In this document: piece by piece, positions 27,291 through 40,271 of the stretch
Position numbering within the stretch: position 1 is the first letter of the stretch
Layout of the letters: every line of letters starts with the position of its first letter
Source: Octopus vulgaris
Lineage: Eukaryota
Assembly (NCBI GenBank): GCA_951406725.2
Contig: OX597817.1
Location: forward strand, 60,450,001 to 60,514,000
Length of the DNA: 64,000 nucleotides
Direction: 5' to 3'
Notes under the pieces: generated by a model
What the model was told of the DNA's origin: nothing
Databases searched by the model: none
What the model saw: the letters and a program-made list of their open reading frames with translations, nothing else
Made by a program: the position numbers and the translations under genes

Positions 27291-27299
27291 AGTTTGACT

Positions 27300-27690
27300 T
27301 TTATCTTTTACTTCTCTCAGTAATTGGACTGCGGCCACGCTGGGGCACTGCCTTGAAGCATTTAGTCGAACAAGTCGACGCCAGTATTAAGTTTTAATGC
27401 TTGGTACTTATACTATCGGCCTCTATTTTGCCGAACCGCTTGGGTACTGGGGAAAGGGAAACGGACCAACACCGGTCGTTCGTCAACGGACGGTGGAAGA
27501 CAAACACTAACACAAAGACACACACAAGCATACACACACACGCACGCATACACACACACACTAACACACACACACATACACACACACACACACACACACA
27601 TACAATACTAAATCACTTACAAAGCATTGATCATTCCCGAGCTATAGTAGAAGTCGTTTATCCAAGACACCATGGGGATTGAACTTAAAT
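27300..27690 (-). mobile_element. SINE family A, diverged copy
   Basis: GACTGCGGCCACGCTGGGGCACTGCC..TTTGCCGAACCGCT..GCTATAGTAGAAG blocks. Confidence 0.7.
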
Positions 27691-27759
27691 TTCAGGTGAC
27701 TGCATAGCGAGCCAATGCAGATACAACATGTCCATAAATTATCTTTACCACCTCCACAA

Positions 27760-28240
27760 TTTATTGTATCCTATTAGAGTTGAGACGCATCGATCAATTT
27801 CTTGCAACCAGCAACACTTTGCCACCAAGATGGTGTGCCGCCCCATTGGGAGTTGAGCGCTTGAGTGTGTCTCAACAAAACTTTCTCAAACCGGCGAACT
27901 GGAAGAAGCGGTCCAGTCCCCTGGCCACCCACTTCGCCAGATATAACTCCCGTAGATTCTTATGGGGCTACATTAAAGACAGACTCTGACTTCAATGACC
28001 TGAAGGAAACAAATACACCAAGCCATACCCAATATTGATGAGGGTTTGCTCCAATGCACATTGACAGAATCCAAGTGCCGTCTAAATGTATCGCATGCAA
28101 CCAATGGATCCCCACATGCAAGTCTCCTGAGGTTTCAAATAAAACCTCATTTCTTTGTTTTCCAATAAACTTTGCTCAGTTAGCCTTAGTTTTCATTTTC
28201 TTTCTGAATTCTTCAAATTGTAAAGGTAATTTATGGACAC
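27760..28240 (+). pseudogene. Decayed mariner-like transposase 3' fragment
   Basis: QDGVPPHW..LNKTFSNRRTGRSGPVPWPPTSPDITP..FLWGYIKDRL across frameshifts; TIR-like TTATGGACAC at the end. Confidence 0.7.
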
Positions 28241-28291
28241 ACACACACACATCTATATATATATATATATAGCTCACCTCTTTCTCTTTCT

Positions 28292-28347
<56 letters not shown>

Positions 28348-29111
28348 ATACATCCATACATACACGCACGCACGCATACACACACACACACACACACATC
28401 TTATGTGTATGCATCTGACAAGGTGTGTCCCTGATGTATGCAAGTAATCTAACAAGAGATGGAATGTAGGTGAGAATCCTGTACGTTTGAAGTGATGGTT
28501 TTATTTTCAGTCTACCTACAGACGACATCTCAACGTTTAAACCGCCAACACAAAAAGTAATATATATATAAGAACAAAAAAAAAAAAAAAAAAAAGGCAA
28601 TACGTCAATAAAAGCAGTAAAAAAAAGAAAATCTGCTTAAGAAAAAATAATTTCGATGTGATGACGTCGGTGATAACGATGTCGATGCTGAGGTGAACGA
28701 GCAGGATAAGAACAATAAACGGGGAAAGGAAAAAGCTTTAAAACAAAAAAGAGGAAGAGTAGGGGGCAGTGGGTGGGTGAGGTGGGGGTAGAGTTTGCGG
28801 GGAACGTCTTGGTTATTGAGACGTCTTGTGTTCTCCTCGCACGCATAGTCGCGATGTGAGGTTCTGCAGTTCAGCTGCAGATGGCAATAAGATATTAAAA
28901 GCTTTCTTAAGCCTGCCTCTGAAAAAAATTGTTGTTGGTTTGCAGCCAAAGGAAAGACAAAGCCTGCCTCACACGTATCTGGTTTCGTTGTTTAGCACTA
29001 AACACAATACACTCGAGCGCACCATAGCACCAACCTTTGAGCTTCTTAGTTTTTACAGGTTAACACCTGTGCTATATATATATATGAATATATATATATA
29101 TATATATGCAT

Positions 29112-29219
<108 letters not shown>

Positions 29220-29456
29220 TGTATGTCTATATATATACATACACATACACACACATATATATATGCACACATGCATATACATACATACATACATATATAG
29301 TATATATAAATATATACACATTTATCTAACTTATATGATATATATGTATTATGTATATATGTATGTGTATGCATATATGCGTGTATATCTATATATGTAT
29401 ACGTACATTTATAAATGTATACACATGTATATAATAAATGCATGTGTGTATGTATA

Positions 29457-29516
<60 letters not shown>

Positions 29517-29783
29517 TATGTGTATGTGTATGTGTGTGTGTGTGTGTGCGTGTAGTACATGTATACATTATAATTTATGTGTTTATTTGTTTTATCTGGC
29601 CATAAATCAACGAAAAATCTCTCCATTTTTCTCCTTCTGTCTACAAATCATAATTCAACAGCTGTTGCGAACATTCTTTCTGTATTTCTACATCATAGAA
29701 GTGAAGATTTGTGGGTTGGTGAAGTTGTTGATAGGGTATCCAACAAACCGATGAGGGGCCGGCTTTTAGTATTTTATCATCAG

Positions 29784-29793
29784 ATTATTATTA

Positions 29794-29882
<89 letters not shown>
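29784..29882. repeat. (ATT)n microsatellite, the 3' tail or target of the Dong-like element
   Basis: About 33 ATT units. Confidence 0.95.
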
Positions 29883-30278
29883 GCCTTTGCACAGATTCTA
29901 ACACTGGAGATGTATTACAGTGTCAGCTGTTCACTACCAGTGAACTAAGCTAATACCCCTTATTTTTCGAGCATCATCCGGAGTATTCGAGTGGTTCCAA
30001 GCGGTGCTCTTTTCTGCAAGTGCTCCACCCTTATTGCAGCCCCTATTTGTTCCACGTACTTCTCGAGATTTTGGCTCACTGTTCCCAGGGCTCCGACAGT
30101 TATTGGTACTACTGCTACCTTTTTCATCGACCACAACCGCTTTACTTCCCAAGCTAACCTGTTCATATCTCTCGACTTTTCTTTCTTCCTTATCACACAC
30201 CTTGGTGTCAGCTGGGCATGCTATATCTATGATCCAGCATAGTTTGCTTTCTATCTCAATTCAGGCTATGTTCGGCTT
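29883..30278 (-). mobile_element. 5'-truncated R4/Dong-like LINE (RLE C-terminus plus 3' UTR)
   Basis: KPNIA*IEIESKLCWIIDIACPADTKVCDKEERKVERY..LAWEVKRLWSMKKVAVVPITVGALG..LQK..LGTTRILR; ends in (TAA)n on its own strand. Confidence 0.9.
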
Positions 30279-32455
30279 AAACAAGGGGGACGTTATAGGG
30301 AATTTCCGGCCCATCACTCTGCTCAATGCAGAGTTGAAGATTTTGGCCAAGGTGCTAGCCAAGAGATTGGCGCTTGTCGTGGACAAGCTGGTCGGCAAGA
30401 CGCAGACATGCGCCGTGCCGACCAGGTCGATACACGACAACCTCCATCTCATGCGCTACATCATAGAGAGGGCGGGTAACGACGCTGGCGCGGGTGGGGC
30501 TTTGATCAACTTGGATCAGAGTAAAGCCTTCGATAGGGTCGACCATCGGTACCTGGCAGCTGTCCTCAGGGCAGCCGGCTTCGGTCCAGTCTTCCGCGGG
30601 TGGATCGCTGCTTTATACAGCAACATCTGCTCGGTGATACGGGTGAACGGTCACCTTTCGGAACCGTTCGACATCTCGCGTTCGGTCCGCCAAGGATGCC
30701 CTCTCTCCTCCCTCTTGTACATTTTGACTCTCGAGCCATTACTGCGCAAGTTGGAGGCTTTGAGGGGTATCCCGCGCGATCTAGGAGGCGGAAACAGCGT
30801 GTCTGCTTATGCCGACGACGTCACCGTGGTGGTGTCGAGCCACAGGCACATTGGCCTGATTGGCGAGACGCTAAACCAGTACGAAGCGGTGACAGGGGCA
30901 AAGATTAACGCGGAAAAGTCCGTGGGCTTGCAACTGGGCACCTGGAGAGGCAAGCCCATGCCGTCCAACAGCGTCGTAGGGCGCTGGACAGACGGACCCG
31001 TTAAACTGCTCGGGGTCTGGTTCGGTCCGGACCTCCAGGTGGATAAGAACTGGGAAGAGGTGACGAGCAGGGTGGCACGTCTCACCCAGAAATGGGCCGA
31101 GAGGAAGCTGTCCCTGAAAGGTCGAGCGGAGGTGGCGAATGCGTACATCGCATCCGTCATCTATTACCGCTTGACCGTCGTCCCTTGTCCCGACCGCTGG
31201 TTGGCCAAGCTGGTACGTCTGCTCTTCGACTTTTTGTGGAAGGGTCAGGTGCCACTGGTCAGGCGATCCATCTGCTGTCAACGACCGCTGAACGGAGGCC
31301 TTGGAATGCCGTGGCTACTGTTGCGCAGACATGCGCTCAGGCTGCGGCATCTCAAGCGCTTCCTAGACGGTGAACAGGTGTGGTCGTCTTTTGTCAGACG
31401 CGATTTTCCGCAGCTCGTCTCTTTGACGGAACTGCAGACCTGGATCAAACGTAGACCGAGAAAGGGCGCTTGGCACCTCGAGTGCCGTCAAGCCCTCTCC
31501 GCCCTCCGCCAGGCGGGCAATGCGGTCGGTTACAGCTCCACTCTAGCGTTCTATAGAGGGTTAGTGGAGGAAAAATGCGACGACGTTCTCGGGGAAACTC
31601 TAGGCGTTGAAGATGACGAACTGTGCGGTCTGTTCGGGAGGACTTTCGGGCCGGGGCCGATGGATAATTTCCAGAGGTCTCTCGCTTGGCAGTGCTACCG
31701 AGGGGCTCTGCCTGTTCGAGATAAACTCTACCGGCACGGAAGTGCCGTCAGCCGGGCCTGCCCGAGGTGTTGCCAGGACGACGAAACCGTCCTGCACGCA
31801 CTCGTCCAGTGCCCGAGTATTGCTGAAATATGGGTTTATGTCGAACAGCTACTGTCACGTATAGGACGGATCCGACTATCGGCCGAATCCATAGTGAAGA
31901 TTGCCCCGCCGACCTCCTTTAACAAGGAGGGCGAGGCCGTTTTCTTGTGCCTAGTGGCTGTGGCGAAAGAGGTGGTGTAGTGGACTCGTTTGAAAGGGCT
32001 AAAGACAGACACTTTCCTCTTTGGTCAAGGCCTCATCAACTTTTTCAAGTTTCACTTGAAAAGGAAGATGAGGTTAGAGAGGAAAGTGCTGTCCGATAGC
32101 AAGTTTTATGAAAGGTGGGTGAATTGTGCGAGACTGGCCTGTATAAATGGACCAGTTCTCAGGTTTCGCCTGTGATTTCAAAGAAAAAGGTAATGTAAAA
32201 GGAGAAGAAAGGGGACTCTCTACACCCCTCTTTTTTTGACCAGGCTCCCGTTGGCTTTTGTAGGGTTTTTTCCACCAGGAACCTTTCGAAACGTCTCCCC
32301 CTTTTGGGAGTTTTTCATTGTTGAATTTTATAAGTTGTTATAAAGATTTTTACTCGATGTTTTTGAAAAACGGCAAAACCCTTTGTAACCTTTCGTCCTG
32401 TCTTGTCCATTTATGTAATCATGCGTGTCAGCCCTTGTGGCCAATAAAAAAGAAT
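30279..32455 (+). mobile_element. 5'-truncated Tx1-clade LINE, copy 2
   Basis: RT, zinc finger and 3' UTR ending GCCCTTGTGGCCAATAAAAAAGAA, followed by (ATT)n; GC-rich against the background. Confidence 0.93.
30280..32175 (+). pseudogene. Tx1-type ORF2: reverse transcriptase plus zf-RVT, lacking the APE domain, with one premature stop
   Basis: NFRPITLLN, LDQSKAFDRVDH, VRQGCPLS, AYADD, CPRC..ETVLHALVQC; TAG at 31978-31980 where copy 1 has TGG; the frame continues to 32175. Confidence 0.92.
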
Positions 32456-32457
32456 TG

Positions 32458-32610
<153 letters not shown>

Positions 32611-32918
32611 TTTTCAATTTTGTTGTATTTCTTACCGAGTATCTTCCCGACACCTAGGGTAAAGAAACTCACCGTATACATTGGTAGGCCATTAAAAGAA
32701 ATACACCAGGTTGTACATGTACAAAGTCGTGTGATAGAAAATATGGTGAAAAAAGACAGAGAAAAAGGTAAGAAAAATAAAAAAAATCAAAATTAAAAAG
32801 AGAAAGAAAATAAAAGAGAAAAATAATAAAATTCGCAGCGACAATGCTCTTCTCAATACGTGTGACGTAGCAGTTAAGACAATCTTTATTGCTATTATTA
32901 TTATTATTATTATTATTA

Positions 32919-33140
32919 GACGACGAGCTGGCAGACTCGTTAGCATGGCGAGTGAAATACTTAGCAGTGTTTCATCTGCCGCTACGTTCTGAGTTCAAAT
33001 TCAGACAAGGTCGATTTTTGCATTTCAACCTTTCGGGGTCGATAAATTAAGTACCAGTTAAGTACAGGGGTCGATGTGATCGATTGCGCTCCCTCTCCAC
33101 AAAATCCAGGTCTTCTATCTATAGTAGAAAGGATTATTAT
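32919..33140 (+). mobile_element. SINE family B monomer with an (ATT)n tail
   Basis: Head, Deu/Nin-like domain and tail 2 ending TAGTAGAAAGGATTATT. Confidence 0.8.
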
Positions 33141-33160
33141 CATTATTATTATCATCATCA

Positions 33161-33282
<122 letters not shown>

Positions 33283-33288
33283 ATTATT

Positions 33289-33597
33289 AGGCAGTGAGGT
33301 GGCAGAAACGTTAGCACGCCGAGCGAAATGTTTAGCGGTATTTCGTCTGTCGCTACGTTCTGAGTTTAAATTCCGCCGGAATCGACTTTGACTTTCATTC
33401 TTTCGGGGTCGATATATTTAGTACCAGTTGCGTACTTGGATCACTCTAGTCGACTGGCCCCCTTCCCCAAAATTTCAGGCCTTGTACTTATAACAGGATT
33501 ATTAATTAGACAGCGACATCATGGTAGAATCGTTAGTACATGGTATAAAATCCTAGAGGCATTTTTCTGAGTTCAAATGCTGTCGAGGTCGACTTTG

Positions 33598-33600
<3 letters not shown>
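33289..33600 (+). mobile_element. SINE family B monomer plus a following truncated copy
   Basis: GGCAGTGAGGTGGCAGAAACGTTAGCACGCCG...; a second head begins at ~33509. Confidence 0.8.
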
Positions 33601-33660
<60 letters not shown>

Positions 33661-33905
33661 TGTGTGCGAACGCACGCGCACGAAGAAGTGTGCAAAAGTA
33701 TATGTCTGTTTGTGTGTGTGTGTGTTTGTGTATCGGGAAATGAAGCTGGTAGGAATATTTAAACCGTAAAATGTCACATAAAATCTTCACTCAATAATTT
33801 ATTACTTGATGTCAAACATTTTGTCGCACTGTCTGCGACCAGGTCACTGACACGGTTCTATAGCACTCAAACAAGCTGCAAAAAGTTAAAAAAAAAGATT
33901 ATAGT

Positions 33906-33962
<57 letters not shown>

Positions 33963-33968
<6 letters not shown>

Positions 33969-34083
33969 CGATCACGTGACCGACCAGATCATCAGATTTT
34001 GCTACACATCGCTGGTCACAATGCTTCGCATTGTTTTAGCCTTCGAATGACGCCACCCCGCATGGCTAAGCGAGCAGGCCAAT
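33963..34083 (-). mobile_element. SINE family C tail (type 2) fragment
   Basis: Near-identical to 52220-52336. Confidence 0.8.
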
Positions 34084-34210
34084 ATATCTTGCAAACAACT
34101 TGCACATGCAAGTGCTACCAGTTAAAAGCTCCGTATATCGGAAGCTAGCAAGTGTATGGGGTCATCAGGAGAGAATGCGCGCCGTTTCGGGGCCTACCTC
34201 TCGACGGCAT

Positions 34211-34338
<128 letters not shown>

Positions 34339-34482
34339 GTTTGTCTGTATTTATCTGTGTCTATCTATCTATCTACCTATCCATCTCTCTATGTATCTAC
34401 ATGCATGTATATGTATATGTATATACAGATATATATTTTTCTCTGTGTCTGTGTGTCTGTGTGTCTGTCTGACTCTCTCTCA

Positions 34483-34533
<51 letters not shown>

Positions 34534-34676
34534 CACACGCATATATATATACACACGATCCTGCATATATATGTATTTAATCATAATGCAATGGAACTTT
34601 TAAGACAGATATTTGATATTTTGTCTGAATCAGTGTCTTGTCTAAGAATCAGGTTACCATGCGTTGTCTCAGATGA

Positions 34677-34707
<31 letters not shown>

Positions 34708-34926
34708 AGAGAGGGAGAGAGAGAGAGTGAGGGGGGACAGAAAGAGAGAGAGAGAAAGAGAGAGAGAGATGTAATACCGCCACACTGAAAATATGTAGGT
34801 TACGATGGGCAGAAGATGCGCTTTGGAACGGTGGCATAGAAATGGAAGCGGGGAAGAAAGTGGAGTGGCGCTGCTTGAGAGAAGCAAAAAGAAAAAAAAA
34901 TGAACTGAACACAGATGCGGTGGAGG

Positions 34927-34972
<46 letters not shown>

Positions 34973-35388
34973 GTATTTATGTTTGTGTGTATATGTGTGT
35001 GTATGTGTGCGTAAGTGTATGTGGGCGCTCTTTTGTATGCAGCTACGTGTGATCAGAGGCATAAGTGAACAGAAAAAAAAAATTGTTATTACGTATAACA
35101 CACACACAGGCACACACAGACAGACAGACAGACACACACACACACATGTACACACACTGCTATTTAGTGTTGTAAGCTCCACTTGTAAAGGTCTCATTTT
35201 CTTAGACTGTTAGAAGAGACACAGGCATCTCTCACCACTCTTTGTCTCTCGCTCACATAACGTTATCAAATATATATATATGTGGATTTATTCACGAACT
35301 TATATGTGCTGCACATAACGTTACCCCGGCGACCCCGCCACACACAGAAACACATACATACGTACATACGTAATACATACATAAGTAC

Positions 35389-35467
<79 letters not shown>

Positions 35468-35561
35468 TAAATATATATAATATAACATAATATAAATACT
35501 GTATATATATGCATATATAAATACATATATGTATATACACATATATATACACACACAAACG

Positions 35562-35668
<107 letters not shown>

Positions 35669-36721
35669 GTATATATTCATGTGTGCATACGTATATAAAT
35701 ATATGTATATTCGTGTATAGATAGATAGATTGATTGATTGATTAATAGATAGATAAATAGATAGGTAGATAGATAGAGTTTTATGTATACAAGTTTGAGA
35801 GTGTAGGAATGTATATGTGTGTGTGTGTGTGTATCTTCCTGCATGTATGGGCATCTATGTGTATGCACATTTGGTTGTTTTCTATGTATGTACCCATGTA
35901 ACTATGCATGTACATGTACGTTACACACAGATACAGACACAGACACACACACACACATACACATACACACATCTATATAATAGAGTTATTAGTAAGTTAT
36001 TAGTAAAGGATAATCAATCCGCGAAAATACTTTAAAAGCTCTTTTTTTTAGTACACCAATATTGTTTAGATTAGTAAAGAACACTTTCTTGTATTCTTGT
36101 AGCAGGGTCCCAGCTTATGGTTCATCACCGTTCTGTAATTGTTATTCCGTGGTTGTGTTCTAGTTATACTGGTCTTTACACCGACTGATATTCAAGACAA
36201 GGCATAAAATAATGGTCATTAGATATATTTCCTCTTTTATTGTGGTAAATGTAACTTACAGATGTTTCCAGTCGTCATCATAGGTTTACTCAATCGGCCA
36301 TTGATCGGTTGAGAAAAGTTGAACGGCCAAGAAAATTAAAGCTGCTTTCAACAGAGTCATTTCTGGTTATCCAGAAGCTGTAAGTCAAAATTTATTACAA
36401 TACAGAAATAGGCAATGACCATTATTTATGCCTGGTAATTGTATATATATATGTACACACACACACACACACAGGGTGGGTGACAAGTCACGAATAGGTA
36501 TGAAATTTTAATAAATTTTAAAATCATTTTTTATTAAGCGATTTTTTCTCACCTACCTTACGTCTATTCTACCCTCTCTCTCATCTCTCTCTCTCTCTCC
36601 CCCTCTCTCTCCCTTTATACATATATAAATATATAAGAATATTATTCTTAATAATTTACAGTAACATCGGTGGCTAGCATGCGTAAAAGAATCCTAATAA
36701 CTTTGCCTTTATATATATATA

Positions 36722-37108
36722 CTAGCAGTATCACCCGGTGTTGCTTGGGTTTGTTTCGACCCTTTAGAATTGGAATTTTTGAAAAGTAAATTTTGCATTA
36801 TGCAACTTGTTATTCTATTCAAGTGAACATTTTCCCAGTTGAAATACACCGAAAAATGATGACACAGCAGTCAAAAATCGTAAAAAATAGGGATTTTCAT
36901 AGAAAAAAAGCACCTTTTTGATGTAAATAATTTTTGGTGTTAACATGGTCCGATTTGAATTTTATCTCCTACAGAATGAAGAGCAAGCCTTCTTCTATCA
37001 TACTCTTAATTTTGGTCAACTTGCGCTGCAGGATCTCGAAGGAGATAGTGTTAGTTGAAGGCTACCAAACCTGCCACACACAGACAACTTCAGCTTTATA
37101 TATATAGA
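36722..37108 (-). mobile_element. Non-autonomous Helitron
   Basis: Minus strand starts A|TCTATATATATAAAGC and ends with the hairpin ACCCAAGCAACACCGGGT then CTAG|T; no target-site duplication. Confidence 0.85.
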
Positions 37109-37109
37109 T

Positions 37110-37831
37110 TTGCTACACATTACTTTCCATCCTTAATAATGAAACTTGGTAGATCCAAAAGTTAAACACACAGACACACACACAGATACACACACAGACA
37201 CACAAGTTGAGTTTTATATATATATAGATTTCTCAACGGGGATTTCAGGGTAGAGTTTCAGGCAGTCGCTGGCGATGTATCGTGATGATCAAAAATCCGG
37301 CCTGCTAAAATTTGGTTAAAGTGATTCAAACTGCAGACTCAACGCAAAATGGTCACATTTAATTCAAAGCGTTAAAAATGTTATGAAAACAATTGGTATG
37401 TGTTCACAAAGTCCAAACGATTAATACGAAAAAACCCTCCAGGCTACATCCCGAAAATTCATTTCTTTGCCGAATTTCTACAATGTTTACGGCGATCCGT
37501 TTTGATATCTTGATTTTTTATTTTTCATGCAATTTACGCATGCTTGCACGCGTGGTAAACACAGTTCACGTCAAACAGCTGACTGAGTAAAGTTCACTAT
37601 TCAATGCATGGGATAAGGCCTAAACAAACACATTATCGATTTTTGCACTTGCGAGATGAATTTCGGAAGAGAAATAGCGCAGTTCAATTTTCATTCGCCT
37701 AAACGTTAAGAGACCCATTTTTGGTGGTTCTACGATTTGTTGGCTAGGAGGAGATGTGCCGGGAAGTTAAACACACAGACACACACACAGATACACACAC
37801 AGACACACAAGTTGAGTTTTATATATATAGA
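37110..37831 (-). mobile_element. Two further Helitron 5' termini (at 37228 and 37831) stacked upstream of the first Helitron
   Basis: A ~70-bp block TC(TA)n-AAACTCAACTTGTGTGTCTG..TTTAACTT occurs at 37159-37228 and 37764-37831, differing only in TA count. Confidence 0.75.
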
Positions 37832-37863
37832 TATATATATTTATATACATATAATATAAATAT

Positions 37864-38190
37864 GGCGTAGATGTGTGGGAAGAAGCTTGCTTCCCAACCA
37901 TATGGTTCCGGGTTCAGTCCCAGTGCGTGACACCTTGGGCAAGTGTCTTCTGCTATAGTATCGGGCCTTGTGAGTGGATTTGGTAAATGGAAACTGAAAG
38001 AAGCCTGTGGTATATATATATATTTGTGTGTCTATGTTTGTCCTCCACCATCGCTTGACCACCGATGTCTGCGTAACTTAGCGGTTCGGCAAAAGACGCC
38101 AATGAAGTCCTGGGATCGATTTCTTCGAATAAAAGGCGGTGCTCCAGCATGGCCGCAGTCAAATGACTAAAACAAATAAAAGAATAAAAG
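37864..38190 (+). mobile_element. SINE family A, full-length copy
   Basis: Head, internal (TA)n and 3' end GGCGGTGCTCCAGCATGGCCGCAGTCAAATGAC..AAAAGAATAAAAG. Confidence 0.85.
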
Positions 38191-38362
38191 ACTATATACA
38201 TGATGCTGAAGTATTGTAAATATATAGCAAAAAATGTTACATGACTTTTGTAACCCTTAAGGGTCGATGCTGCTGTAGCTTGTAGCCCCAGGAAGACATC
38301 TCCTCTAGCTGGCTATTGACACACTATCTGTGCCCTATCAGTATTTGCGAAGGGAAGTCATC

Positions 38363-38830
38363 GTATGTATGTATATATGTATGTATGTATATATGTATGT
38401 GTGTATGTATGTATGTATGTATGTATGTATGTATGTATGTATGTATATGTACGTATGTATGTATGTATATATGTATGTATATGTACGTATGTATGTATGT
38501 ATATATGTATGTATGTATATGTATGTATGTATGTATGTATGTATATGTACGTATGTATGTGTGTATGTATGTATATATGTATGTATGTATATGTACGTAT
38601 GTATGTATGTATGTATGTATGTATGTATGTATGTATGTATGTATATGTACGTATGCATGTATGCATGTACGTATGTATGTATGTATGTATGTATGTATGT
38701 ATGTATGTATGTATGTATGTATGTATATGTACGTATGTATGTATATATATGTATGTATGCATGTATGTATGTATATACACGTATATATATATATATGTAC
38801 ACACAAACATATATGTATATATATGTATGT
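38363..38830. repeat. Compound (TATG)n microsatellite
   Basis: ~470 bp of TATG variants. Confidence 0.95.
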
Positions 38831-38931
38831 ATAACATATATGTGTATATATGTATGTATATATATATATATATACATATATGTGCATATATTATGCATAT
38901 ATTTGCAACATATTTACATTATGCATACAGG

Positions 38932-38976
<45 letters not shown>

Positions 38977-39486
38977 CATACACACACTTACACACATGCT
39001 TATCCATTTTAATACTCATTCGTACCCCTCTACACGTTTACAAAGCATATACAAACACTATTACTCCTGTGTGTGTGTGTATGTAAAGGGAGGGACGGGC
39101 AGGCAATGAGACGGGAGAGTGAGAGGAGTCATAGATAGGGAGAGGGAGAGGGAAGAGATTTGCCAAAAAGCAAAAAAAAACTACAGAATGTAATTATATG
39201 AAGAAGGTTAACGAAAACCCGTTTTATTTGTGGTGTCTGGGTAAAGAATCAATTTTGTGGACAATAATAAAGAGAAACGGGGTGAGGATTTCGTTGATGA
39301 CAATGTTGATCATAATGATGGTGATTAGGATGGTAATGATGATGATGATGATGTTGATGGTGATAATGGTGATGGTGATGTGAGTGATGGTCAGAAATTT
39401 GAGAAAAGAAAATGTATTTAAGATGATACTGAAAGTGTTATATGTAAAGTTTGTATGTATGTTCGTGTGTGTATGCGTGTGTAATT

Positions 39487-40151
39487 TTCATCTGTCTTGC
39501 CCGCCTAATTGGTTCTGGCGTTCGCTGAATTTTCCTCTAGAGAACATTCTTTGTAGTTTGATCGTTGGTGATCTATTTCTAGCATACGGCCGACTACCTA
39601 GCAGTCTTGCCCTTTCAATATACACATGTATTAGAATTTTCTCTGATTTTTCAGATTTTTTGTATGCTAGGCTACTGGTTTTAAATTAATATTAATTTAT
39701 CTCCCTCATTATTTAAATATTGAAATAAATACGTTCTCTAGATGGCAGCCCTAACCGCAGTAAATTATTTACTGCAGTTCTTCGCTTCAGGAATTTTTAG
39801 CGCGCCAGAACTAAGACATTTGAAATTTATCCCTAATGTAATCGGTAAAACTAAACACGTGTCTGTTTTGGCACAGAAAGCTGGGGGTTAGTTTTTCAAA
39901 TTGCATTTTGTCTGAACGATCGCGCTGACGAAACTACGGACATTTGAATTATGTAAGTAATTCTTTTGTTAATAGTTGAAACCGAGGTATGTGATTAATT
40001 CTGTTTTTTTTTATATAATTTTCATCTGTCTTGCCCGCCTAATTGGTTCTGGTGTTCGCTGAATTTTCCTCTAGAGAACATTCTTTGTAGTTTGATCGTT
40101 GGTGATCTATTTCTAGCATACGGCCGACTACCTAGCAGTATTGCCCTTTCA

Positions 40152-40154
<3 letters not shown>
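39487..40154. mobile_element. Small element with ~135-bp direct terminal repeats (39487-39620 and 40021-40154); related copy on the minus strand at 43255-43378
   Basis: TTCATCTGTCTTGCCCGCCTAATTGGTTCTGG...GCCCTTTCAATA occurs twice with ~2 mismatches. Confidence 0.75.
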
Positions 40155-40243
<89 letters not shown>

Positions 40244-40271
40244 ACACATATCATACAGAAACGCACACATA

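Noticed and set aside
28620-29070. Complex-sequence block as a host exon or enhancer
   Set aside because: No protein similarity that I recognise, and regulatory function cannot be shown from sequence alone.
30004-30278. N-terminal ~92 aa of the 658-aa ORF as a novel domain fused to RT
   Set aside because: It is the antisense frame of the Dong-like fragment, starts at a non-ATG codon and is open by chance.
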